Of a stretch of 64,000 nucleotides of DNA, positions 27,443 through 35,891 are shown piece after piece (the first letter of the stretch is position 1; each line of letters opens with the position of its first letter). Source of the stretch: Candidatus Dormiibacterota bacterium. Its GTDB lineage: Archaea; Thermoproteota; Bathyarchaeia; 40CM-2-53-6. Both the position numbers and the translations under genes were made by a program. The notes under the pieces are model-generated. The model had not been told where the DNA came from. It searched no databases and saw only the letters and a list, made by a program, of their open reading frames with translations. Where the stretch lies: positions 1,082 to 65,081 of the forward strand of contig DASPWZ010000009.1 of assembly GCA_035637535.1 (NCBI GenBank), in the 5' to 3' direction.

Positions 27443-27600
27443 CACTTCCATGAGAGGGATCTCCCCAAGGAGCACTCGCGCGTCGCGAGGAATTTGTGAC
27501 CTCCCTCCCCACTTTTTTCCGGAGGGGTCCTGCCAGATGGAACGTTTCCATGGGACGATTCGAGTTCCGGGCGCAGAATTCACTTGGATGCCTGTTCTCC
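27443..27600 (+). repeat. B-type unit (B3) of the repeat family
   Basis: Aligns with 18548-18672. Shared blocks are gggatctcccc, ctcgcgcgtcgcgagg, the stem CCCTCC (27503-27508) / GGAGGG (27521-27526) around a T6 loop, gccagatggaac and gggcgcagaat. The 3' part is truncated or divergent. Confidence 0.6.
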
Positions 27601-27648
27601 GATAGACTAAACCGGGCCGGCCACAAAGAGCACTGATGGGAGGCGGCC

Positions 27649-28011
27649 TTGGAGATGAAACTGGCTTCTTCCGTGGTGCACAACTGGGGCGAGCTGGATC
27701 TGCCTCTTAGAATATCAGCAGCAATGGGTCTGCTGTCCGGAGCGAGTCTGCCCATAGTCTACGAGTTCATTCTGCCCTCACTCGGCGGTGCACCGTCCAT
27801 CATTGGACTAGCCCTCACCATAATCTACCCGCCCCTAGCACTCTTCGTAACTCCGTCGATAGCAGGGTTCGTCGGCACGATTGCGTTGCTTCTCCGTCCT
27901 ATGAGCGTTGAACAGCGTGGAATCGTAGGCTTCATAGTCTTCATCGCTTCGGTCCCAAGCGTCTTCTTCATGCTTCTCTACGCCGTGTATCTCTGGGGAC
28001 CGCACACATAG
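27649..28011 (+). CDS. small membrane protein, unknown function
   Basis: 120-aa ORF with three to four hydrophobic helices. Confidence 0.5.
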   Translation: MEMKLASSVVHNWGELDLPLRISAAMGLLSGASLPIVYEFILPSLGGAPSIIGLALTIIYPPLALFVTPSIAGFVGTIALLLRPMSVEQRGIVGFIVFIASVPSVFFMLLYAVYLWGPHT

Positions 28012-28144
28012 GCTGGGGGCTTCGATCAGTTCCGATTGTACCCTTCACTCCAGAAGTGGATTAATGCCACAGAACTGTGGGAAGAAGAACGATTTTTCCA
28101 GCATGAACGTCTTCCCCAAAGAGCAGCTTCTGGTATCTTGAGGA

Positions 28145-28307
28145 TTAAGCGCAATTAGGTCCGTTGGGTTCTACAGCCCAGAGATTGCTGCCGCAGATGC
28201 AGGCGCGGCTGACGGCGACGAGTGCATCGGTCGGCTGGATCAGGCGGGCGTTGGACACGTTCTCGATGCAACCGTCCTTTGGCGCCGTATCGGATGCTCG
28301 CGCGCAT
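28145..28307 (-). pseudogene. N-terminal remnant of a zinc-dependent (MDR) alcohol dehydrogenase, frameshifted and truncated
   Basis: IENVSNARLIQPTDALVAVSRACICGSNLW matches the MDR-ADH N-terminus (EPTDAIVRV..AAICGSDLH pattern). The only ATG (28305-28307) is in a different frame. The ORF stops after about 50 codons. Confidence 0.45.
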
Positions 28308-28340
28308 CTCGGACTACTTCGGGCTTCCGGCGGGCGTGGG

Positions 28341-29177
28341 CTAGTCGAGAGAGAGCGACGTGGACAGTTGGTGGTAGGCGTCGATCTGCGCCTTGAGATC
28401 GGCGATCTTCTGCTCGGCGAGGGCGATGGCATCGGTGCCGGCGATGAAGCGGCGCGGCGGCGACTGCTCGGCAGCGACCCTGACGAGCGCTCGCGCGAGC
28501 TTGGCTGGATCGCCGGGTTGCTGCCCGTTCTGCGCCTCCCACCACTTGAGTTGCTCCGCTCTGCGGTCGGCGTAGTCCTCAATGGAGCGGTCGGCAAATG
28601 TCATCGACTCCTTCGTGAGGAGCTTGGTGCGGAAGAACCCCGGGTTGACGATGGTGGTGTGGATGCCGAACGGCTCGACTTCGGGCCGCAGCGACTCCAT
28701 CCAGCCCTCGAGACCGAACTTCGACGCGGCATAGGCGGAACAGAACTCGAAGCCGACGAGGCCCGCGCCCGACGAGATCGAGATGATGTGGCCCGAGCGC
28801 TGCTTGCGCATGATGGGCAGGACCGCGCGGGTGACATTCATCGGGCCGAGGAGGCTCGTCGCCAGCTGCCGCTCGACCTGCTCCGGCGTCAGCTCCTCGA
28901 AGTAGCCCGCATCAAAGGTACCGGCGTTGTTGACCAGCACGTCGATGCGACCGAACCGGTCGACCGCCTCCCGCACCGCGGCCTCAGCATCGGCGCGGCT
29001 AGTAACGTCCAGCTTAACGACCCGCAGGTCATCCAAATCACCCACGGCCTTAGCCACGGCATCAGGGTCCCGACCGGTGCCCACCACCGCGTGGCCGGCG
29101 GCCAGAGCGGCTTTGACGAAATCGACGCCCATGCCACGGCCGGCTCCAGTAATAAACCAGATCTTCCTGTTAGTCAT
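28341..29177 (-). CDS. short-chain dehydrogenase/reductase (classical SDR), very GC-rich
   Basis: The likely start is MTNRKIWFITGAGRGMG (TGxxxGxG). NNAG, the catalytic S...YxxxK (YAASK) and PG follow. The gene sits in a stretch where all six frames carry long ORFs, which is a signature of high GC. Confidence 0.85.
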   Translation of the reverse strand: MTNRKIWFITGAGRGMGVDFVKAALAAGHAVVGTGRDPDAVAKAVGDLDDLRVVKLDVTSRADAEAAVREAVDRFGRIDVLVNNAGTFDAGYFEELTPEQVERQLATSLLGPMNVTRAVLPIMRKQRSGHIISISSGAGLVGFEFCSAYAASKFGLEGWMESLRPEVEPFGIHTTIVNPGFFRTKLLTKESMTFADRSIEDYADRRAEQLKWWEAQNGQQPGDPAKLARALVRVAAEQSPPRRFIAGTDAIALAEQKIADLKAQIDAYHQLSTSLSLD

Positions 29178-29349
29178 GGTATCATTGACACTCAACCCAA
29201 TCTCCATCATTTGACCAAGGCTCAATCAACTCTAGCATATATCTACACAAACGTGGTCCAACCAGCCAGGTAATTTTAGCGAATTCGCAAGGATTCCGAA
29301 CCGGGAAAATGGATTAGCTTAAAATTTCAAGTGAATCCGGAATGCATCA

Positions 29350-29600
29350 ACTGTCTCGGAAGAAAGACCTCCCACGCCCGACGAACTCAGGACGGTACTT
29401 CAGGCTGCTGACCTCAGGCTAAGGCATCTGTTGCACTGATGGCGTTCTGCGGTATCACTATCGGAACCGGGTCCTATTACATGTGTGATACGCGAATTAG
29501 CCAACTTAATGGAACTGAGTTTTGGTACTTGATGAACACAATCTTTAGTGAAGAGCAAGTCTACTGGATTTCGAGAGAAATCGAGGGAGCGGGCTCGTAG
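29350..29600 (+). pseudogene. possible tyrosine-recombinase (integrase) remnant
   Basis: The broken frames read SEERPPTPDELRTVLQAADLRLRHLLH then, after a stop and frameshift, MAFCGITIGTGS...ISQLNGTEF. This resembles the start of an integrase catalytic domain (TpeEl..ll.aa...r.r.l.ll...tGlRigE). The call is weak. Confidence 0.25.
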
Positions 29601-29810
29601 CCCTTACAAAAAAGAGGGTTTCAGCTGAAGAACCCTTCGAGCTGCCATACGTTCAACGTTAGGAATCCGGGCGGGATTGGTTGTGAACCTAGTTGCAGTT
29701 CAAATCCCACCGGCTCTGAACCCACAATCCGAGACACTGCCAAAAATCATAACTACCCATCCACAACGACTTCGTCCGACGCCGACGGCGGGTGATAGGA
29801 ACTCTCCTGC

Positions 29811-30530
29811 TTGGCAGCAGGATATACTATATTGAAAACAACACTAGGGCATGAGGGGAGGATTCGGTCGTCCAGACTCGGGGCACTATTCGGAGTAATG
29901 GGTTCGGTCTTATACATTACCAGATTCTTCCTACCTATCAGCGCTGAGAATCCGGCAGAGAGTCTCGCCAACTACGATGGTAGATTGGCTATCGTCTTCG
30001 GGCTGGTGAGTACCTTTTCCGGGATTTTCCTCATCTTGTTCGTCCTATCACTCCGCGCTGCCCTTCCAAAAAGGGACAGTGTGCTAACCACGGCCGCAGT
30101 GGTTTTTTCAATAGTTGCGTCTATCGTCCCTGTCGTCGTGAACTTGATCGTCTTGGATGCGAGGGCCACCCTAGCAGGTATTTACAACAACTCGACAGTA
30201 ACCGGGGTTGACAAGGCAGCCGCTCTCGTCTCCGAGCAAGTGTTAGAGGCGGAGGAGGAGGCGATCTTTGCTGTATATGTTGGCGCACCGCTCGCTATCG
30301 GGCTTTTTAGCGGGTCGATGTGGAAGAGCAAGGTCTTCCCGAACTGGCTCACGTACGTAGGACTTGCATTCGTCACCGTGACCGGTGTCGGGCTACTCCT
30401 TGTCGCGATTGGAGCAGTCGTTCCCGGCTTGGGTTTCGCCTACCTTGGGCTCTTCGTTCTGTGGATCTTGGCAAGTTCGGCGTACCTCTACCGTTCCGGT
30501 CGCAAGACTGCAACCACGGACCCACGATAA
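29811..30530 (+). CDS. multi-pass membrane protein (possibly DUF4386-like)
   Basis: 239-aa ORF with about 6 TM helices. Confidence 0.55.
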   Translation: MAAGYTILKTTLGHEGRIRSSRLGALFGVMGSVLYITRFFLPISAENPAESLANYDGRLAIVFGLVSTFSGIFLILFVLSLRAALPKRDSVLTTAAVVFSIVASIVPVVVNLIVLDARATLAGIYNNSTVTGVDKAAALVSEQVLEAEEEAIFAVYVGAPLAIGLFSGSMWKSKVFPNWLTYVGLAFVTVTGVGLLLVAIGAVVPGLGFAYLGLFVLWILASSAYLYRSGRKTATTDPR

Positions 30531-30666
30531 GCACGTTCCACGTAAGGCGCGGTCATAGGGACGCGAAGTAGCGGTTTCCTAGGCGAGATGAAATTCAACC
30601 GTGAAGATTTCGGTCCCGCAGCCAAAGGTGCAGCGTAGCCGACCTTCTGAAGCCAGCTAAGGAGCG

Positions 30667-30780
30667 CTAGTTGTTTTCGACTCGTTGCTTCCAGACGAGA
30701 TTGCTGTCGCCAAACTCGTGCAAGAGGTAGCAATGCCTGACTGACCCTGCCTCCACAAGCATGATCTTCTTGCTAGTCAT
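30667..30780 (-). pseudogene. 5' remnant of a second SDR-like gene
   Basis: The 26 nt around its ATG (gataccATGACTAGCAAGAAGATC) match the start region of the intact SDR (gataccATGACTAACAGGAAGATC at 29160-29183) at 24/26 positions. The peptide MTSKKIMLVEAGSV... decays and stops after 37 codons. Confidence 0.3.
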
Positions 30781-30807
30781 GGTATCTCATTCCCTCCTTG
30801 ATGCCAT

Positions 30808-31056
30808 TCACATTGTGTATCCCCGTTTCTTGTATAACTTCTCCGAGTTGTTGACGACGTCGGATTGATGGACGTTCTCAGCCCAGTCCCGTGGTTTGAC
30901 TTCTTCGATGGCTACCGAAACTGATTCTTCTGCCCGAGAACCGTCAGGATTTCTTGGATGTATTCCGTCGTTTTGGAGTTTGAATGCGATTTCTTGTTCC
31001 ATACGGAATGGGTTGGCGCGTAGTCGTTCGCGCCAGTCGCTCCGCTGACCAGACAT
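30808..31056 (-). CDS. hypothetical protein
   Basis: 82-aa ORF, co-directional with and just downstream of the HEPN-motif gene. Confidence 0.4.
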   Translation of the reverse strand: MSGQRSDWRERLRANPFRMEQEIAFKLQNDGIHPRNPDGSRAEESVSVAIEEVKPRDWAENVHQSDVVNNSEKLYKKRGYTM

Positions 31057-31117
31057 CTGTAGAATTCATCTGTCTTTCGGCTATTGCTCAGACACGAGAA
31101 CGAAACTGCCTAGTTCT

Positions 31118-32077
31118 CTAGTTCTTGCCTTTGACCGATGAACCATAGCTGTCTATGGTCTTCATGACTTCGTCTATGCTAGCCAACCCTTCTTCAACGT
31201 CGCCTTTTCCAATATGGGCGGGGTCATGTACCGCCATGTTCCGAAGTTTCACAAGTCTCTTCATTCGTTCACTAATGCTTGGGTAAATCTCGCTCAATCC
31301 CTTGGCCAGCGATAAGGGATCCGCAGTAGGCTGAGCGATTTTCCTCGCCCATAGGAGAATGCTAACTTTCTCTTCGAGATTACGGAAACGATCAAGGAAC
31401 TCCCGTAACTTAGGGGTCAATCTCTCGTGGTCAGGCATATGCCATCGAATAAGGGCATCAGGCTTCAATATGTTGAACTGAAATGAAACTTCAACCTTCA
31501 GGTCACCTCCAGGATCCAACGCAATTCTTAGCCTAGACCCTATTGTATCGCCCGGCATTGCAATCCACTCAGCAAAGATGGGATCGAGAATCATAGCCTG
31601 GTCAAATGGAGAGAACTTGTTGGACCAATGTAGCGACAGTCGGGTGAGTGTATCTAATGTTAGAATATCGAACTTGGGGCCGAACTCGATATTGTGCCCA
31701 CTATCCTTGCACCACTTGAAGAATTCGGCATAATTTTCGACTGGGAGAAAGAGGACTTGCGGCCTAAAGCCTCTAAGCCTAAGCGTGTTCGCTGCAGTGA
31801 AAATCACTTCAAACTGCTCCCCCTTCATGGGTTCGTATTTTTCTCCGCAGGACGTTAACTTGGAAATCAAGTACCCCTCTTCACGAATTGCGAGTGAACG
31901 TCCGGCCTCGTAGAAGACCATGTCAGCCGATACGTTGGGGTCTGAAAACCATTCTCTTTTAGTAGTGAGTTGGAGTGCTAGCTTTTCGAATTTCTTGTCC
32001 CAATCAACATTCTCTATGTACCATCGAGTTCCAACCGTATCAGGAATTATGCTTGCTTTTTCGTAGGACGATCTCAA
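31118..32077 (-). CDS. hypothetical protein with C-terminal HEPN-like Rx4H motif
   Basis: 319-aa ORF. The helical C-terminal region carries KLRNMAVHD (R279-N-x3-H284; 31226-31243), which fits the HEPN RNase motif Rx4-6H. The N-terminal ~220 aa are unrecognisable. Confidence 0.55.
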   Translation of the reverse strand: MRSSYEKASIIPDTVGTRWYIENVDWDKKFEKLALQLTTKREWFSDPNVSADMVFYEAGRSLAIREEGYLISKLTSCGEKYEPMKGEQFEVIFTAANTLRLRGFRPQVLFLPVENYAEFFKWCKDSGHNIEFGPKFDILTLDTLTRLSLHWSNKFSPFDQAMILDPIFAEWIAMPGDTIGSRLRIALDPGGDLKVEVSFQFNILKPDALIRWHMPDHERLTPKLREFLDRFRNLEEKVSILLWARKIAQPTADPLSLAKGLSEIYPSISERMKRLVKLRNMAVHDPAHIGKGDVEEGLASIDEVMKTIDSYGSSVKGKN

Positions 32078-32122
32078 CGTGGACTCAAATTGGGCCCTCC
32101 TATCCTCGATGAGTAAACCCAG

Positions 32123-32551
32123 CTAGACTCGCCTCCTTGCTCCCGCTAAGGCATCGACGAACGATGGTATTTGCCGGAAACTCGCTGCTGGTCTTCTATG
32201 ATCAAACCTGAACCATTGAAGGTCCATATAATCTAAGATATGTGGAATTGGCGCATCATCTGCAACAAAGGGCAGAACAGGTACCTGCTTTCTGTAAATA
32301 TAGCTCATTTCATCTCGCCATCTCCTCGATCTAAAGGTCCACCTAGTTACGATCATGATTGCCACGTCAGAATTACGTATCTCTTCAATAATTTCCGGGA
32401 GTTCGGCAAGACCCGGAGTTATTCTCCTAGCGACGAAACAACGATACCGTCTTATGCTCTCGAGAAACTTGTTGAGTTCAAGGGCTATCGAGACACCGGC
32501 GGATCCTCCCCATCCCATGAATACATTGAGGATGACCACGCCTCTTGGCAA
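32123..32551 (-). CDS. TIR-like domain protein
   Basis: 142-aa ORF with a TTG start. The pattern VVILNVFMGWGG...IEEIRNSDVAIMIVT...SRRWRDEMSYI...VPVLPF follows the TIR/DUF1863 layout (betaA VFISY-like, betaC IVVlS-like, W..E helix, iPv strand). Confidence 0.5.
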   Translation of the reverse strand: MPRGVVILNVFMGWGGSAGVSIALELNKFLESIRRYRCFVARRITPGLAELPEIIEEIRNSDVAIMIVTRWTFRSRRWRDEMSYIYRKQVPVLPFVADDAPIPHILDYMDLQWFRFDHRRPAASFRQIPSFVDALAGARRRV

Positions 32552-32634
32552 CGAAACGCATGATGTTCAAAGAATATTAGAGCGTTCTTCATCTATTCTC
32601 GTCGCCGGCGTCGGCGTGAAGTCGCGAGCTTGCA

Positions 32635-32649
32635 TCAACGCTTAAGGGC
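32635..32649 (+). repeat. 15-bp exact direct repeat, copy 1 (TCAACGCTTAAGGGC)
   Basis: Identical 15-mer at 33238-33252. The pair brackets the orphan RHH gene. Confidence 0.6.
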
Positions 32650-32899
32650 GAGTTGAGGCTGCTAGAGAGCAGAAATGTGTTTGTTTTGGCTGTGATTTGT
32701 GGTTTTAGGTTTGAGGTTCGGCCCGAGGATGAGGTTGTTGTGTTGGAGGCTGAGCATCATACTGTTCATGTCTGTGTGGACTGTCTCACTCTCTTGACGG
32801 TTCATCGTCGTATTCATCATATGAAGGTGGAGAAGGTTATTGTTGAGATGGCTGAGCGTAGACCCGTGCTGGCTGAAGCGTGAAGAGCAGAGTTCGAGG

Positions 32900-33178
32900 C
32901 TACGTTGGGTCGTAGAGGAACCGGTCGATCTCAGACGACTTAATCTTCTGTTTGAACCTGACAGGTTTGAGCCGGAATAGAGGATCATTCTTCAAATCCA
33001 TCCTCGACGTACTCCAATCTAGGAGTGCCCGACGAGCAGCCTCCTTGATGGTCAAGCCCTTCTTCTTCGCCACCTCGGAGAGGAGATCATACTCACGTTC
33101 TTCCAGCTCCGTCTGGACTACCTTCTTAGTCGCCAAGACCCCTTTGATCATCCGGACTGTGATCGCCGGCTGTTCCAT
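32900..33178 (-). CDS. ribbon-helix-helix antitoxin-like protein (orphan)
   Basis: 92-aa ORF. LEEREYDLLSEVAKKKGLTIKEAARRALLDW is an RHH pattern. No PIN or other toxin ORF is recognisable downstream. Confidence 0.55.
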   Translation of the reverse strand: MEQPAITVRMIKGVLATKKVVQTELEEREYDLLSEVAKKKGLTIKEAARRALLDWSTSRMDLKNDPLFRLKPVRFKQKIKSSEIDRFLYDPT

Positions 33179-33237
33179 CTAAATCTTGAATGCAAATGAG
33201 ACATATAACTCGACGCGGCTGAACTGAATCTAGATCT

Positions 33238-33252
33238 TCAACGCTTAAGGGC
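33238..33252 (+). repeat. 15-bp exact direct repeat, copy 2 (TCAACGCTTAAGGGC)
   Basis: See copy 1 at 32635-32649. Confidence 0.6.
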
Positions 33253-33328
33253 AGGCCGAAGCCCCTTAGAAGCGCGGTGAGTCTGCGTTGACCGTGACGT
33301 ACAACCTTAGACCCCTTGTGACTGAAGT

Positions 33329-34411
33329 GTGAAGAACAAAGTCAGATTCGGATGCCGAATCTTTCTAGCGGCCAACGAACCCTTCCAGCAGATAATCAAG
33401 AGAGCACAATTCTGCGAAAAACATGGATTCGACTCCGTCCTCATCGACGACCATCTGCTCTACGGGACAGAAGCCGCAGCCGCACCCGAACCCTTCACCA
33501 CTCTCGCCGCAATAGCCGCCGGGACCCATAGGATCAGGGTCGGAATCGCCGTAACAGACCTCGTCCGGAGACACCCGGCCATCCTAGCCCAGACCCTCGC
33601 AACACTCTCCAACCAGTATCCAAAACGAGTCTTCCTCGGAGTAGGCGCCGGCGATCCCATGAACCAGTCACCCTTCGGCTTGTTCTCGGAACATCGCGTC
33701 GGCAGGCTAAGCGAGGGTCTGAAGATCATCCTGCAGCTCTGGAACTCCAGCATAGACAAGCCTCAGAGCTTCAAGGGCCGCTTCTTCACACTGAACAACG
33801 CATACCTGCAAGCCGGCCAGGAGAAACAGCCAGTCCCGCCAATCTATCTGGCAGCCTTCGGTCCCAGAATGCTGAGACTCGCAGGGGAGGCAGCGGACGG
33901 ATGGATACCGCACTGTCACACACCTTCAACATACAAGATGGATCTTGATACCATCATCGGGTCAGCCCATAATGCGGGTCGAGATTTCGGTGTGTTCCGC
34001 TCTGCATACTACACGCTCTCCTCCATCTCCACCAACCGCGCAGAAGCAGACAGGAACGTGCTGGGCCCAGCGAGATACTTCCTAGCCTTGATCCCCGAGG
34101 CGTTGAAGAAGATCAATCCTTTAGCAAACCATCCGGGCAGGATCTGGGAGAAGATTTCAAACCCCAAAGAGCAGCGAGAGATAATCCGCAAGATCGCCGC
34201 AGAGATTCCGGAATCAGACGCCTACAACACCGTCATACATGGAACAGCTGATGATTGCATCGAGCAGATCGAAGGCTATCAGAAGGCTGGTTGCAAAGAG
34301 TTCATGCTGACCCTCGTCTCGAAAGGAGGACTATGGTCCACAACAGACTTGCTTGAACAGATGCGACTCTTCTCAGACAAGGTCATGAGCAACTGGGTAA
34401 AGGTCAAATGA
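33329..34411 (+). CDS. LLM-class (luciferase-like) F420-dependent oxidoreductase
   Basis: 360-aa ORF with a GTG start. FDSVLIDDHLL, RIRVGIAVTDLVRRHPAILAQTLATL and LGVGAGD are typical of luciferase-like monooxygenase family proteins. Confidence 0.75.
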   Translation: MKNKVRFGCRIFLAANEPFQQIIKRAQFCEKHGFDSVLIDDHLLYGTEAAAAPEPFTTLAAIAAGTHRIRVGIAVTDLVRRHPAILAQTLATLSNQYPKRVFLGVGAGDPMNQSPFGLFSEHRVGRLSEGLKIILQLWNSSIDKPQSFKGRFFTLNNAYLQAGQEKQPVPPIYLAAFGPRMLRLAGEAADGWIPHCHTPSTYKMDLDTIIGSAHNAGRDFGVFRSAYYTLSSISTNRAEADRNVLGPARYFLALIPEALKKINPLANHPGRIWEKISNPKEQREIIRKIAAEIPESDAYNTVIHGTADDCIEQIEGYQKAGCKEFMLTLVSKGGLWSTTDLLEQMRLFSDKVMSNWVKVK

Positions 34412-34836
34412 AGAGTGGAGTCTCAGTGCGCGTCCCGCGCGAACGGGCCGCTGAGTGTGTGAGTGGGGTTCTGATAAGCGACTGTTCAGTTCTTGTCGAA
34501 AAGCGACGAGTCGATGATGATGCGGACCCAGGGCTAGTTTTGCTTCCAGGGGGCCACGTAGAGGTGGGCGAATCGCTGAATCGGGCTCTGAAGAGAGAGA
34601 TGCGAGAAGAACTAGGGATCAGAGTGGAAAAGATCACATCGATTCGCGTCCGATATTATACAGCGTCGAATGGAGAGAGACAGAGAATACACTATTTTCG
34701 TGTCAAAGACTGGAAAGGGAAAATCAGATCAAACGAAGCCGAGACTGTACACTGGGAATCAGACATCAGCCATCTAAGCGATACCATAGAGAGAAAAATT
34801 GTACTCAAACTATTGAGTCAACGCTCTAGCGTCTAG
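34408..34836 (+). CDS. NUDIX hydrolase
   Basis: 142-aa ORF overlapping the previous stop by 4 nt (ATGA). The Nudix box is LPGGHVEVGESLNRALKREMREELGI. Confidence 0.8.
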   Translation: MKSGVSVRVPRERAAECVSGVLISDCSVLVEKRRVDDDADPGLVLLPGGHVEVGESLNRALKREMREELGIRVEKITSIRVRYYTASNGERQRIHYFRVKDWKGKIRSNEAETVHWESDISHLSDTIERKIVLKLLSQRSSV

Positions 34837-34949
34837 ACATTAGCCAACGCGTGGGCAAGGTATGATACAGCTCCAATTTGGGTCCACGCTCGAACACCAT
34901 TACCCCTAAAAGCCGGAACACACTAGACCCAAAACGAGTCGTTTCTTAA

Positions 34950-35762
34950 ATGGTATCAAAAACAAGGTTATCCGGAATAGTCCTACTGCCTCTGATTGCG
35001 CTCCTTGTCTACGCGACGCCGGTCAATGCTGCTCCACCCAGCATGAGCCTGGACGGCGTGGCGATTGGCAACTCATACAGTTGTGACACATCATCCTGCT
35101 CTAGCCTTTGTTCCAGTCACCTCAATTGTTCGGCGTCTGCAACGCTGACAACGACGAGTAGCAATGATGTGATCGTTGTGATCGCCCAGTGTGGGATCTT
35201 TGGAAATTGCGGATCATGCTGCCCTTCACCTTCCTCTGTTGATAATGTAACATCAATTGTCGATGATGCTGGTCACACGTGGACCTTGAGAGCGGCGTAC
35301 ACGCCCCCGCACGGTCGTCCCATATGGGAATATTACACCGTAGCCGACTCGCCTCTATCTTCAGACGGAATAAATGTCACATGGTCCGGCTCCAACGCGT
35401 TTGTCGGCTTCATCGCCATAGGCGTCAGTGGAGCAAATACTCAACACCCTTGGGACCCATCTCGGAATCTGCCTGCGAAACAGGCGCTCTCTTCAGGTTG
35501 CACCGATCCCAGAACGTGTACGATTAATTTTTCACCGGACGGAGCGCAAGACTTCGTTATAGTCAGTACAGCCATAAACGATGACCAGATCTGTCAGGGC
35601 ATTTCACCATTTCATAACTTGGCTAACGCGATTTTCGGCCAGGCCGAAACAGACTATTTGGTAACTCGAGTCGGAGGCTCAAACAGCATTTCGTTTACCT
35701 GTAGCGATAGCAGCCCCATGACAATCCTAGGCGATGCTCTGCAAGGTCCCGGCCGAAACTAA
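34950..35762 (+). CDS. secreted Cys-rich hypothetical protein
   Basis: 270-aa ORF with a signal peptide (LLPLIALLVYATPVNA). Confidence 0.55.
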   Translation: MVSKTRLSGIVLLPLIALLVYATPVNAAPPSMSLDGVAIGNSYSCDTSSCSSLCSSHLNCSASATLTTTSSNDVIVVIAQCGIFGNCGSCCPSPSSVDNVTSIVDDAGHTWTLRAAYTPPHGRPIWEYYTVADSPLSSDGINVTWSGSNAFVGFIAIGVSGANTQHPWDPSRNLPAKQALSSGCTDPRTCTINFSPDGAQDFVIVSTAINDDQICQGISPFHNLANAIFGQAETDYLVTRVGGSNSISFTCSDSSPMTILGDALQGPGRN

Positions 35763-35891
35763 GTGCGGCAACGATAACCTGCTAAAATCCTACTTCGAAA
35801 CTAGTCTTCGAGCAGCCCATTCTCACTCGACTTTTAAAGAAGACGAAGTCTGGCCGGAGCCTATCGTGCAAGGGATGGAGTAGTCTAGGTC

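Noticed and set aside
27003-27755. Track ORFs 27003..27377, 27384..27605 and 27396..27755
   Set aside because: They cover repeat units A3 and B3 and the start of the real membrane-protein gene. They have low-complexity, Arg/Ser-rich translations and no conserved frame.
28164-29273. 369-aa plus-strand ORF and several other long ORFs overlapping the SDR gene
   Set aside because: They are shadow ORFs caused by high GC, which leaves few stop codons. Their translations are Arg/Ala/Gly-rich with no motifs. Only the minus-strand SDR frame has a coherent domain signature.
29690-29725. tRNA-like T-loop string gcagttcaaatcccacc
   Set aside because: The flanking bases do not form a T-stem, and no acceptor, D or anticodon arms can be drawn. 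It is probably a chance match.
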